This document shows positions 45,383 through 54,624 of a stretch of DNA of 64,000 bases, in pieces. Made by a program: the position numbers and the translations under genes. Location: contig JBGUGD010000035.1 in assembly GCA_041697335.1 (NCBI GenBank), positions 64,001 through 128,000 on the forward strand. Direction: 5' to 3'. The notes beneath the pieces are model-generated. The model saw only the letters and a list, made by a program, of their open reading frames with translations, did not search any database and was not told the origin of the DNA. The DNA comes from Vampirovibrionaceae bacterium NZW_1234 (GTDB lineage: Bacteria; Cyanobacteriota; Vampirovibrionia; Vampirovibrionales; JAGQHJ01). The stretch's first letter is position 1. Each line of letters begins with the position of its first letter.

Positions 45383-45850
45383 ATGTCTGTTGATACTCAA
45401 GCCCTGGTTGCCGTTGGCAGCAAAGCCCCCGAGTTTAATAATGTCCTGGCCACGGGCAACGTCCGCATTAATCTGGCCGATTATGCCGGCAAGTACCTGA
45501 TTATGGTGTTCTACCCGAAAGATCAGACCCCCGGCTGCACAAAACAACTGTGCGCCCTTCGCGATGATTACACGATGCTGAAATCCATCAACACCGACGT
45601 CCTGGGTGTGAATCCCGATGGGCTGGAAAGCCATGAGCGATTTGTCACCGCCCAAAGCTACCCGTTCCCCATCCTGGTGGATGAAGGGGCTGCCATTGCC
45701 AAGGCGTATGGGGCCACTAAAGAAGGCGGCAGCGGCATTCAACGGACCGTCTACATCATCGACCCGAACGGAAACGTCCTGTTTGCCGAACAAGGCATGC
45801 CCACCGACGAGACCCTGGCGGCCGCCATTCGCCAGCATCAGGGCGCCTAG
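45383..45850 (+). CDS. bcp: Peroxiredoxin (BCP/PrxQ)
   Basis: FYPKDQTPGCTKQLC and RTVYIIDPNG. Confidence 0.92.
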   Translation: MSVDTQALVAVGSKAPEFNNVLATGNVRINLADYAGKYLIMVFYPKDQTPGCTKQLCALRDDYTMLKSINTDVLGVNPDGLESHERFVTAQSYPFPILVDEGAAIAKAYGATKEGGSGIQRTVYIIDPNGNVLFAEQGMPTDETLAAAIRQHQGA

Positions 45851-45878
45851 GCCAAAAAGCCAGAGAGAGATCACGCTG

Positions 45879-46358
45879 ATGAGCACCACGGCACTGCCCA
45901 ATCGCTGGGTTATTGTTAGTTCGCCGGAAAACTTTGCCACCACCGCCGAGCTGGGGTTTACGCTCCAAGGCATCAAGTCCCGGCATCGCAAAAAGGCCGA
46001 GCAAATCCGCCCTGGAGACACGGTGATATACTACATCACTGGGAAACAAGCCCTGGCCGCCATTGCCCAGGTGACCTCAAGCTACTTTGAAGACCAGACC
46101 CGGGTGTGGAACTGCAAAAGCAACCGGGACACCGAGGTTTATCCCTTTCGCTTTCGCCTGGCCCCGGATCTGATTCTGCCGGAATCGGCCTATCTGCCCG
46201 CCCAAGACCTGGCCGGGCAGCTGACCTATCTGAAAAAATGGCCCGCCGAGCATTGGCGCCTCGGGTTTCAGGGGAACATCCACCTGTGGCCGGAAGCCGA
46301 TTATCAGCTGGCCCGGGAGGCCATGCTGGCCCAACAGGCAAAGGCGGTGGTCGTATGA
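45879..46358 (+). CDS. EVE domain protein
   Basis: W..VSSPENF, IRPGDTVIYY and YPFRF. Confidence 0.8.
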   Translation: MSTTALPNRWVIVSSPENFATTAELGFTLQGIKSRHRKKAEQIRPGDTVIYYITGKQALAAIAQVTSSYFEDQTRVWNCKSNRDTEVYPFRFRLAPDLILPESAYLPAQDLAGQLTYLKKWPAEHWRLGFQGNIHLWPEADYQLAREAMLAQQAKAVVV

Positions 46359-46831
46359 AACATGCGCTTCTCAAAACCACCCATGCCCTCGAAGTGGTTT
46401 CTCTTGGCTTGATGATGGGGGGCATGCTGACCCTGGGTGCCTTTGTTGCCCCGATGGTGTTTCGCAGCTTTCCGGTGGATCAAGCCGGCGCCGTGATGAC
46501 GGTTATCTTTCGGCGGTTTGACGCGGTCCTGCTGGTTTGCCTGGCCGGGGTTGCCCTGGGTGAAGTCGTTCGGTTTTTAACCAAAGCCGACAAAGGGTCT
46601 AAACTCCTGGCCCGCCTGCGTCGCGTCAGTGTGTTGGGCTTGATGGCCGTTACCCTGTATGGCAGCCTGATGGTACACCCCCAGATTGAGGCCTTTCAGA
46701 AGGCTGGCGTTCGGCGAGGTGTGGGGGTGGAAGGCCAGGCCTTTGAGTGCCTGCACAAGACCTCGGAATCGCTCTATAAAACCGACTTTGTTCTGAGCAC
46801 CGTGACGTTGATCCTGCTCGCGCTCATCTAA
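46355..46831 (+). CDS. DUF4149 family membrane protein
   Basis: FVAPMVF, AG..M..IF and F..LHK.S; four TM. Confidence 0.75.
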   Translation: MKHALLKTTHALEVVSLGLMMGGMLTLGAFVAPMVFRSFPVDQAGAVMTVIFRRFDAVLLVCLAGVALGEVVRFLTKADKGSKLLARLRRVSVLGLMAVTLYGSLMVHPQIEAFQKAGVRRGVGVEGQAFECLHKTSESLYKTDFVLSTVTLILLALI

Positions 46832-47817
46832 AAACGCCGGTAATGCACCCCGGCCCAAAAGGCCCCGCCCACAAATACCAGGGTCAACATCAGGCACCAG
46901 ACTGTCAGATTCACATCCTTGTCCTCCAGGCCCAAGGTCTTTTGGCTGATGCGCTCGTAAATCTGCTGGAAGTCCTCCAGTTTGGAGGCCCGAAAATAGG
47001 TCCCCCCGGTTTGCTGGGCCAGGGATTGCAAGGTGGTTTCATCCAGGCGGGTGAAAATGCTGTCTTTAATGTAGGCCCCGGTTTCTTCGCCAATGCCGAT
47101 GCTGAAAATCCGCAAACGATTCTCAATGGCATGTTGCACGGCAATGGCCGGGGACATCCCCAAGTTGCTTTCGCCGTCAGTAATCAGAATCAAGCTGCCC
47201 TGGGGCTGCCCTGGCTGGACCTCACTAGGCCGTGAGTTTGTGGGAGGGGTGGCACCTTGCGATGCGGCTGTCATGGCATCGGTCGCCGTGATAATGGCAT
47301 CGCCAATGGCGGTGCCTTGGCGAAGATCCTGCAAGGTCAAGCTTTTCAAGTAGGCGCTAACCAGATGATGATCGTTCACCGGCGGGGTGACCAGATACGT
47401 GTTTCCGGCAAACAGTTCCAGGCCGATCTTAACCTCCCGGGGCAGATCCTCGACAAAGGCAATGGCGGCTTTTTTGGCAACCTCCAGACGGTTTGGCTTG
47501 AAATCGGTGGCCTCCATGCTGAGCGAAATGTCCATGACCAGCATCAAATAACTGTTGTGGGTGATGACTTTGGTCCGCCAGGTAGGCTGGGCGAGGCCAA
47601 TAATGCCGGTGGTGACCGCCGCCAGCAAACATAAGGGGATAATCCGCTGCAACCAGACATGTTTGGGATTGCCCTGAAGGGCGCTTAAGGCCGAAACCTG
47701 GCTAAAGGCAAAGGCATCTTGCCAGAACTGACGCTGTCGGGTTAAAAACCACCACGCCAAACCCGGCACAGCCAGCAACAACAGGAGCATCCAGGGCCAT
47801 TCAAACCAGAACGTCAT
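46828..47817 (-). CDS. VWA domain protein (BatA-like)
   Basis: N-terminal F..PW.LLLL, MIDAS motif DISLSM, GTAIGDA and ITDG. Confidence 0.9.
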   Translation of the reverse strand: MTFWFEWPWMLLLLLAVPGLAWWFLTRQRQFWQDAFAFSQVSALSALQGNPKHVWLQRIIPLCLLAAVTTGIIGLAQPTWRTKVITHNSYLMLVMDISLSMEATDFKPNRLEVAKKAAIAFVEDLPREVKIGLELFAGNTYLVTPPVNDHHLVSAYLKSLTLQDLRQGTAIGDAIITATDAMTAASQGATPPTNSRPSEVQPGQPQGSLILITDGESNLGMSPAIAVQHAIENRLRIFSIGIGEETGAYIKDSIFTRLDETTLQSLAQQTGGTYFRASKLEDFQQIYERISQKTLGLEDKDVNLTVWCLMLTLVFVGGAFWAGVHYRRF

Positions 47818-48761
47818 GCCACACGCACCAGGGGCATTAGCTGGGCCAAGGGCGGCTGATCCGTCATCAGCCGGGTGCAGTCACCCCAGTAGGTCGCTTG
47901 GGCTATCCGGGCCTCGACCTTGGCGGCCATGGTCGTCTGATACTGGGCCCGCTGGGCCGCATCCGTCATGTCGACCCAGGCCGTCTCTCCGCGAAGTGGG
48001 TCAAGTAGGGGCAACCAGCCAACAGATGGCTTCAGAGCCATCTCAACTGGGTCTAACACCATCAGCGTGTGGATCTGATGTTTTCGGGACCAGCGTATCC
48101 AGGTGTTTTGAGACGCCTCGGGATGTTCAAGAAAGGCCAGATCGCTCACCAAAAAGACCAGGCATCGGTTGGTTAACAGGGCCTGCAAATCGGGAACACG
48201 GCTGGGCGCATAACGGGCATGGGTCGGCACGGTCCGGGGAATGGTTTCCAGGATCCAGGTCAGATGGCTTTCCATGGACCGAGGCGGAATGACCGTAACA
48301 CCCGCCTCACCCTGCCAGAGAATCAGGCCCACCCGCTGGCCTGTTTGCAAAGCCATCAGGCCTAAGACGGCAACCACTTCCCGGGCATAGCCAATCTTGG
48401 CTTGGGTCTGGCCAAAGCCCATGGGCAAGGTGGCATCCACCACAAACCAGACCGGGATCTGCTTTTCATCAAAATGCTCTTTGACATGGGGCACGCCGGT
48501 TCGGGCCAGGACATTCCAGTCGATTTTTCGCACATCATCGCCGGGCTGGTATTCCCGAAGGCCCTTTAGCTCCATGCCATGGCCCTGAAACACCCCTTTG
48601 GTATTGCCCGGATAAGGCGAACCCAGGGATTGTCGCAAGCGAAACTGAAGCCGCCGCAGCAGGGCCGTGGAATGCTCCGAGAGCGCAGGGTTAATTGAAG
48701 CCGCCTCAACCAGATCGGCGGTGGGATCCCAGAGCGTCCGCAATCGGCTCAAGGCGGTCAT
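47814..48761 (-). CDS. DUF58 domain protein
   Basis: G.GME...LREYQPGDDVRKIDWNV.AR. Confidence 0.92.
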   Translation of the reverse strand: MTALSRLRTLWDPTADLVEAASINPALSEHSTALLRRLQFRLRQSLGSPYPGNTKGVFQGHGMELKGLREYQPGDDVRKIDWNVLARTGVPHVKEHFDEKQIPVWFVVDATLPMGFGQTQAKIGYAREVVAVLGLMALQTGQRVGLILWQGEAGVTVIPPRSMESHLTWILETIPRTVPTHARYAPSRVPDLQALLTNRCLVFLVSDLAFLEHPEASQNTWIRWSRKHQIHTLMVLDPVEMALKPSVGWLPLLDPLRGETAWVDMTDAAQRAQYQTTMAAKVEARIAQATYWGDCTRLMTDQPPLAQLMPLVRVA

Positions 48762-49747
48762 CCGACAGACCGAAGCTCCTCTGGTGCAGCAAAGCCTCCT
48801 TGTGACCAGAGATCATCCAGCAGCATATCCGGGGTTTGGCTGGCCGTCAGGGCTTCATAGGACAGAATAACCCGGTGGCGCAGACAATCTTTAAAGACCC
48901 AGGCAATGTCCTCCGGCAGGACATATGGCCGACCGCGTAGCAAGGCCAGGCCCTTAGCCGCTGTAGCCACAGACAAGGTGCCCCGGGGAGAGGCCCCATA
49001 CAAAAGCCGATTTTCAGAAGCCGATCGGGTGGCCTGGACCAGCTTTACAATGCCACTCATCAGCGTGGGTTCGATAAACACCTTGGGGACCAGTGCCATC
49101 AGCTCCATTAATTGGGCATGGGTTAACACCGGTTGCGGCTCGGGCAAGCCCGTCTGGGTGACCCGTTCCAGGATGACAAACTCCTCATCCGAGCTTGGAT
49201 AATCCACCAAAATCTTGAACAGAAAGCGATCCAACTGGGCCTCGGGCAAGGAATACGTACCTTCCGATTCGATGGGGTTTTGAGTGGCCATCACCAGAAA
49301 GGGAGCCTTTAACGAAAAGGTGTCTCGGCCAATGGTCACCTGGTGCTCCTGCATGGCCTCCAACAAGGCGCTTTGAACCTTGGCCGGGGCCCGGTTGATT
49401 TCGTCGGCCAAAATAAAATTGGCAAACAACGGGCCTTGCTCCGTGGAAAAACTGCCTTGAACCGGGTTATAAATCCGGGTGCCAATCAGATCGGCCGGCA
49501 ACAGATCCGGGGTAAACTGAATGCGCTTGAAGTCAACGGCCATGATTTGGGCCAGCGTTTTCAAGGCCAGGGTCTTGGCCAAGCCGGGTGCCCCTTCCAC
49601 CAACACATGGCCTTTGCAGATGACGGCCACCAACAAGCTCTCCAGCAAACGGCTTTGCCCAACCACGACTCGCTTTAACTCGTAGAGAGCCTGCTCTAAA
49701 ATCTGATGGGCCTCGCGGGCCTCGGTGTCGGAAAGTCGATCCTGCAT
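48758..49747 (-). CDS. moxR: MoxR family AAA+ ATPase
   Basis: EGAPGLAKT, RIQFTPDLLPAD, ADEINRAPAKVQSALLEAM and ATQNPIE. Confidence 0.95.
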   Translation of the reverse strand: MQDRLSDTEAREAHQILEQALYELKRVVVGQSRLLESLLVAVICKGHVLVEGAPGLAKTLALKTLAQIMAVDFKRIQFTPDLLPADLIGTRIYNPVQGSFSTEQGPLFANFILADEINRAPAKVQSALLEAMQEHQVTIGRDTFSLKAPFLVMATQNPIESEGTYSLPEAQLDRFLFKILVDYPSSDEEFVILERVTQTGLPEPQPVLTHAQLMELMALVPKVFIEPTLMSGIVKLVQATRSASENRLLYGASPRGTLSVATAAKGLALLRGRPYVLPEDIAWVFKDCLRHRVILSYEALTASQTPDMLLDDLWSQGGFAAPEELRSVG

Positions 49748-49808
49748 GGTTTTATTGTACCGTCTCTCGGACGGATTGGGGTACAGAATGGCGGCAGAAT
49801 TGACGCGC

Positions 49809-50846
49809 TTAGGCGGCGGGGGCAAATAAATTGTCAAACCAGCTCTTCATGGCTTGTCCCAAGCCACCCGACTGCCGAGTGGGTTCGGCAATGTAGGCTT
49901 GCGCATCTTGACGGACACGCTGCATATCGGCCATGGCCGTTGCATCGGCCCCTTCCCCTGAGGCATCCAAAAGAACACCCATCAATTCAGCCATTTCAAG
50001 TTTTCGAAAGACCTGCTGCAGGGCATCCGTATTGCCGCTTTGCCGCGCCTCGGTTAAGAGCTGACCCGCTTCGGCCACCAGAGTTTGCTGACGTCCCTGT
50101 ACTTTTTTGGCGGCTCGCGTCGCTTTATCCGATCGTTCCTGTTTTTCTTCCGGCGTTTCAAAGTTATTGGGATCCGCTTGCTGTTCGTTGGCATCGCTGG
50201 CCCCGTCGGACACGCCGACCATATTTGCCCTCGGGTTCACAGACCCTTGATCCGCGCCGGGACTGGTAACTGGCATCGACATAGAGCCGCCATTGGCGTT
50301 GGCAACGGACCCATAATTTGGGAGATTCGAGGATTTGGCATTGGGCGAAGCCATCAAAGCCAAGATGTCCTCATCTGAGAGATCCGGGGCCCCTTTCATG
50401 GCCGTTCGGATCATGGAAACCACCAGACTTTGCATTCGTATCAGGCGAAGCCGCATATCAATATTTTTGGCCGCTTCCAAATCCATGGATTCGGCTTTAC
50501 CTTTGATTTTAATGCTCCTTAAGGCATCCTGAATCATCCCACCGGCTTGAATCAAGAGCTGAACGGCGCCCTTGGGGTTAAAAAACATCATGTTTTGCGC
50601 CGCATTGGTAAGACTTAAAATCTCGGAAATCGTCGATTCATCCAGCTCGTTCTGCTGCTTTTTCTGCATTGCCTCGATGGTTTCAGACAGCTTTTCCATG
50701 GTGGGTGAGTTCAGTCCCGGTGCATCGGCTCGCATCAGCCCCACCATGGGCGCAGAAGCCATGCCCTTTGCCTGGGGTGTTTGGCTCGCATTGACCGATG
50801 GCTGCGACGTTAAATTGGCAACTGTATTCGCACCTTGAATGCGCAT
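49809..50846 (-). CDS. Hypothetical helical protein with a low-complexity N-terminus
   Basis: Long ORF; probable start MRIQGANTV at 50846. Confidence 0.75.
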   Translation of the reverse strand: MRIQGANTVANLTSQPSVNASQTPQAKGMASAPMVGLMRADAPGLNSPTMEKLSETIEAMQKKQQNELDESTISEILSLTNAAQNMMFFNPKGAVQLLIQAGGMIQDALRSIKIKGKAESMDLEAAKNIDMRLRLIRMQSLVVSMIRTAMKGAPDLSDEDILALMASPNAKSSNLPNYGSVANANGGSMSMPVTSPGADQGSVNPRANMVGVSDGASDANEQQADPNNFETPEEKQERSDKATRAAKKVQGRQQTLVAEAGQLLTEARQSGNTDALQQVFRKLEMAELMGVLLDASGEGADATAMADMQRVRQDAQAYIAEPTRQSGGLGQAMKSWFDNLFAPAA

Positions 50847-50876
50847 GCGCTCGCGACTCTCAATCACTATCCATAA

Positions 50877-50928
50877 ATATAAAAACAATCATTTTGTCCC
50901 CCGGTGATGGAATGTAACCATATGTAAC
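50877..50928 (-). promoter_or_regulatory. Tandem GTTACA direct repeat (HLR1-like) plus TTGTTTTTATAT box
   Basis: GTTACATA-TG-GTTACATT at 50911-50928 and TTGTTTTTATAT at 50877-50888. Confidence 0.6.
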
Positions 50929-51012
50929 ATCCAGCGTTCATGGGCTTCTTGGCCCAAAAACCCGATGGATGCGACCGGGAAGGTCGAATCTAAAAAGAAT
51001 CTAAATCGAGGT

Positions 51013-51828
51013 TCAGGCTTTGCGACGGCGCTGACGCAAGGCCTCAAAGAGGAGGACCCCGCCTGCGACAGAGACATTGAGGGATTCAACCCCTTCTGCC
51101 AGATCGATTTTCACCAACTGATCACAGTGTTCCTGCACCAGGCGACGCATGCCAAACCCTTCACTGCCCAAGACAATGCCGGTCGAGCCGGTATAGTCGT
51201 ATCGATCATAATCAATCGCCTTGGCATCCAGGCTCGCGCCAACCCACCACATCCCGGCTTTTTTCAAACGCTCCATGGCGTCCACCAGATTCGGCACCAC
51301 CACAATGTTCATCAATTCCAACGTCCCGGCACTGGCCTTACCCACCGCCGGTGAAAATCCGGCACTACCAACCTTGGGAATCATCAAGGCCGTCGCTCCG
51401 GCCCCGGCGGCAACACGGATCAACGCCCCGAAGTTCCTGGGATCGGACACATCGTCCAAAGCCACAACCAGGGGAGCCTCGCCCTGAGCCTGGACCGCTT
51501 CCACCATGGCCACCAGATCATAAATATCCAACAAGGGCTTGGGGGCCACCATGGCCACCACGCCTTGGTGAGGGGTCTCTTCTTCAGCCATTTTGTCCAG
51601 CTTGGCCTTTGGCACCAACTGGTAAGGCGTGCCGTGAGTCTTGGCCAGATCAATCAACTCTTGAAGCCGTCTATCTTTCGACTGCTCCTGAGAAATGAGC
51701 AGTTTAAAAACACGTGATGGCGCGTGTTTTAAGACCGCCTCAACGCTATTTTTTCCGAAAGCGTAGCCGGTCTCGCCATGACTTTTCGGTGGGGTGTTTT
51801 TCGGGGATTTGTCCCGGTTCTGTGGCAA
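51013..51828 (-). CDS. rlmB: 23S rRNA Gm2251 methyltransferase (TrmH family)
   Basis: HQGVVA, DPRNFGALIR, VLGSEG.G and VESLNVSVA; AAGGAG SD before TTG 51828. Confidence 0.92.
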   Translation of the reverse strand: MPQNRDKSPKNTPPKSHGETGYAFGKNSVEAVLKHAPSRVFKLLISQEQSKDRRLQELIDLAKTHGTPYQLVPKAKLDKMAEEETPHQGVVAMVAPKPLLDIYDLVAMVEAVQAQGEAPLVVALDDVSDPRNFGALIRVAAGAGATALMIPKVGSAGFSPAVGKASAGTLELMNIVVVPNLVDAMERLKKAGMWWVGASLDAKAIDYDRYDYTGSTGIVLGSEGFGMRRLVQEHCDQLVKIDLAEGVESLNVSVAGGVLLFEALRQRRRKA

Positions 51829-52852
51829 TGGAGGCTCCTTGTTCACCTTTATCGGGGGGCAAGGTAAAGAGCGCCAGCCACCCATGGCGGGCCACTGTTG
51901 CCGGATCCAAGGTATCTCCCAGGAAGCGGACCTGACTGGACTGGGAAGAACATTCCCAAAACCCCAGTGGCCATTCGGATTGTCCCTTAAACATAACCAA
52001 TTTGACAACAAAGGCATCCGCCGCCTGGGCACTCCACCCCAAAACCCGAATGTCCCAGGGCGGTGCCTTGGCCTTGAACTCCGGTGTCCGGGCTGTGTAG
52101 TCGTCCCAGACCTTCTTTGGCAAAAGGGTCAGTCGGGTGGCCTGTTCTTGACCCAAGTCATACACGACCGGCAAGGTCTTCAGAATACCCTGGTGATGCC
52201 CTCCAGGGCGGTAAGTCATTAACAGCTTGCGCCCATCGCTGGACCAGTCGCCCACCTGAACAATATCCACCCGAAAGGGGTCGTTGCCCTGGTAGCCCAC
52301 TTCAAAAATCGTCTTGCGGTGCTTGACTTGTTTTTCCGGAGAGTAGCGATCCCAGAACGCATGGGGATCAACTTTGATTTCAGGTTCTTTTTCACGGGTG
52401 ATGAGTTTCTTCACCCCCGTCGGCCGGGGCTTGTCCGGGGGCGGAGGCGGTGGGGTAATCTGTTCCTGAGAGGGGGATTGCCCAACAGGGATGAGAAACA
52501 CACGGCTGAATGTCTGGCGGTTGGTGGGTAAGAACGCCACTTCGGTCACCGCCATCTGCCGCTTATCGGGCGAAAGGACCGGGAAGCCGTAGACCGATTT
52601 CATCGTCTCGTAGCCATACAGATTCAGGCTGCCGGGAGCAAAGGGAATATTCTTTCGAAATTGCACATAGTCATTTTCCGTCATGGGCGGGGGCGGTGCT
52701 TTTGCCCAAGCCACACCGGCCCATAAGAGCAGCATCGCACAGAGGACTCCAGCTTGTATGGCTCGGGGCATGCCTGGGGCTGACCTGTGGTGAAGCTTCT
52801 TCGTCATTCTCGTTTCAACGTCCTTGTCGCCCATCATGATGTGCAGTGCCAC
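51746..52852 (-). CDS. Hypothetical exported protein (beta-propeller-like motifs)
   Basis: Signal-peptide-like segment; LSPDK and WSSDG motifs. Confidence 0.7.
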   Translation of the reverse strand: MALHIMMGDKDVETRMTKKLHHRSAPGMPRAIQAGVLCAMLLLWAGVAWAKAPPPPMTENDYVQFRKNIPFAPGSLNLYGYETMKSVYGFPVLSPDKRQMAVTEVAFLPTNRQTFSRVFLIPVGQSPSQEQITPPPPPPDKPRPTGVKKLITREKEPEIKVDPHAFWDRYSPEKQVKHRKTIFEVGYQGNDPFRVDIVQVGDWSSDGRKLLMTYRPGGHHQGILKTLPVVYDLGQEQATRLTLLPKKVWDDYTARTPEFKAKAPPWDIRVLGWSAQAADAFVVKLVMFKGQSEWPLGFWECSSQSSQVRFLGDTLDPATVARHGWLALFTLPPDKGEQGASIATEPGQIPEKHPTEKSWRDRLRFRKK

Positions 52853-52961
52853 TAGGGACCTTATCGGCTGGAGGTCCCCATAACTTGAAAACCCTCATGG
52901 GCGCTTCTCTGGGAACTCCCCTCAAATCCGGGACGTCTCGTATAATAGAAAATAACCCAAC

Positions 52962-53561
52962 ATGGATGACAGGATGCACAAGGCTCTCAACATATATTTT
53001 GGTTGGCTGATGGTGATAGTGGCCGGATTTTTCGGGCTCTTCAGCGTTGCTGACGCCCAACCCAGGGATGCCGGGCAGGAGGTTATGTATATTACCCAAT
53101 ACACCCTGGCATCCGACGCCCGAGCGGTCTATGGGATTTTTGATCTGGGGAACAAGCCCTCACTCCGACTGGTGATGCCCACCCTGCAAGGCGGCAAACT
53201 CACCCTCACACTCCATGGGCGTCATTACCATACCCCGGATCCCAGAACGTTTTCCGTCATCGCTTCTTTTGAGGATGTCACCGGCACCGTGTTTCAGCAG
53301 TCGCCTGCCGTGACTTTCCAAGCAACAAAACAGCCAACGACACCTCAATGGTTTAAAGCCCTCGACAATCTGGCTGGCTGTTATGGCAGCCAGACAATCA
53401 CCATGACGGTCCCCCAAGGAACCTCGGTGGTTAACCTGATGGGTGACGATGCAACCACCGCCTCGCCCAATCAGCTGGTGGGCTATGTCAGCCGCATCGA
53501 ACTGCCTGGAGCAGAACGGTCTCAAACCTCATCGAATGGCCTGGGACCCAGCACGCCATGA
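52962..53561 (+). CDS. Hypothetical exported protein
   Basis: Signal peptide; ATGA overlap with engB. Confidence 0.7.
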   Translation: MDDRMHKALNIYFGWLMVIVAGFFGLFSVADAQPRDAGQEVMYITQYTLASDARAVYGIFDLGNKPSLRLVMPTLQGGKLTLTLHGRHYHTPDPRTFSVIASFEDVTGTVFQQSPAVTFQATKQPTTPQWFKALDNLAGCYGSQTITMTVPQGTSVVNLMGDDATTASPNQLVGYVSRIELPGAERSQTSSNGLGPSTP

Positions 53562-54163
53562 AGATTCTGTCAGCCGAGTATGTGATCAGTGCCCCGTCCA
53601 TCAAAGAAGCACCCGACTGGAGTCTTCCTGAAATTGCGATGGTGGGCCGGTCCAACGTGGGCAAATCCAGCCTGATTAACCGCCTGACCGGGCGAAAGAA
53701 GTTGGCCCAGACCAGCAATACCCCTGGCAAAACCCGGCTCATGAATTTTTATAATATTAACAACACGCTCTCCCTGGTCGATTTACCGGGATATGGCTAT
53801 GCCAAGGTTTCGAAAACCATGCAGGCCAACTGGCAAAAGCACTTTCAAATCTACCTGTCCAAGCGCAAAAACTTGACCCTGGTCATTCAGCTCATTGATG
53901 CCCGCCATGGCCCACAAGCCCTGGATGAGCAGATGCTCTCCTGGTTGGAATCCCATAACTTACCGGTCATTCTGGTGTTGACCAAGGTCGATAAAATTTC
54001 CCGCAACGATCTGGGCAAACAAGTGGCCTTGACGGCCAAGGAATTGGGTTTGTCCCCGGATCAGGTCTTTACCTTTTCGGCTGAAACCGGGTGGGGCAAA
54101 GATGCACTTTGGTCATTTTTGGGCGATTATCTCAAGCATGTGAAAGACAACCCTGCGGAGTAA
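53558..54163 (+). CDS. engB: Ribosome biogenesis GTPase YihA/YsxC
   Basis: GRSNVGKSS, TSNTPGKT, DLPGYG and TKVD. Confidence 0.97.
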   Translation: MKILSAEYVISAPSIKEAPDWSLPEIAMVGRSNVGKSSLINRLTGRKKLAQTSNTPGKTRLMNFYNINNTLSLVDLPGYGYAKVSKTMQANWQKHFQIYLSKRKNLTLVIQLIDARHGPQALDEQMLSWLESHNLPVILVLTKVDKISRNDLGKQVALTAKELGLSPDQVFTFSAETGWGKDALWSFLGDYLKHVKDNPAE

Positions 54164-54601
54164 TTGTCGATGAGTCCCCAATACTGGCTAATGAAAAGTG
54201 AACCGGAAACCTTTTCCTATAGCGATCTGGAGCGTGAGGGTTGGACCCATTGGGACGGCGTGCGCAATTATCAGGCCCGCAACAATTTGTCGGCCATGAA
54301 CGTCGGTGATTTCGCCTTGATTTATCACAGTGTCAGCGACAAACAGGTTGTGGGTATTGCCCAAATTACCAAAGCCGCCTATCCTGACCCCACAGATACC
54401 ACAGGCAAGTGGGTCGCCGTTAAGGTAGAGCCGGTACAACGCCTAAACACCCCTGTGACCCTGGAGCAAATTAAAACCACACCCCGCTTGGCGGAGATGC
54501 CCCTGGTCAAGCAGGCTCGGCTATCCGTGATGCCTATTTCCGAAACCGACTTTCACGCCATTCTGGCTCTGGGAGACACGCGTCTTGAGGCCAAGGTATA
54601 A
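54164..54601 (+). CDS. EVE domain protein (thymocyte nuclear protein-like)
   Basis: YWLMKSEP, WDGVRNYQARN and RLSVMP. Confidence 0.93.
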   Translation: MSMSPQYWLMKSEPETFSYSDLEREGWTHWDGVRNYQARNNLSAMNVGDFALIYHSVSDKQVVGIAQITKAAYPDPTDTTGKWVAVKVEPVQRLNTPVTLEQIKTTPRLAEMPLVKQARLSVMPISETDFHAILALGDTRLEAKV

Positions 54602-54624
54602 AACCAGAATTCAACCCATTGCCG

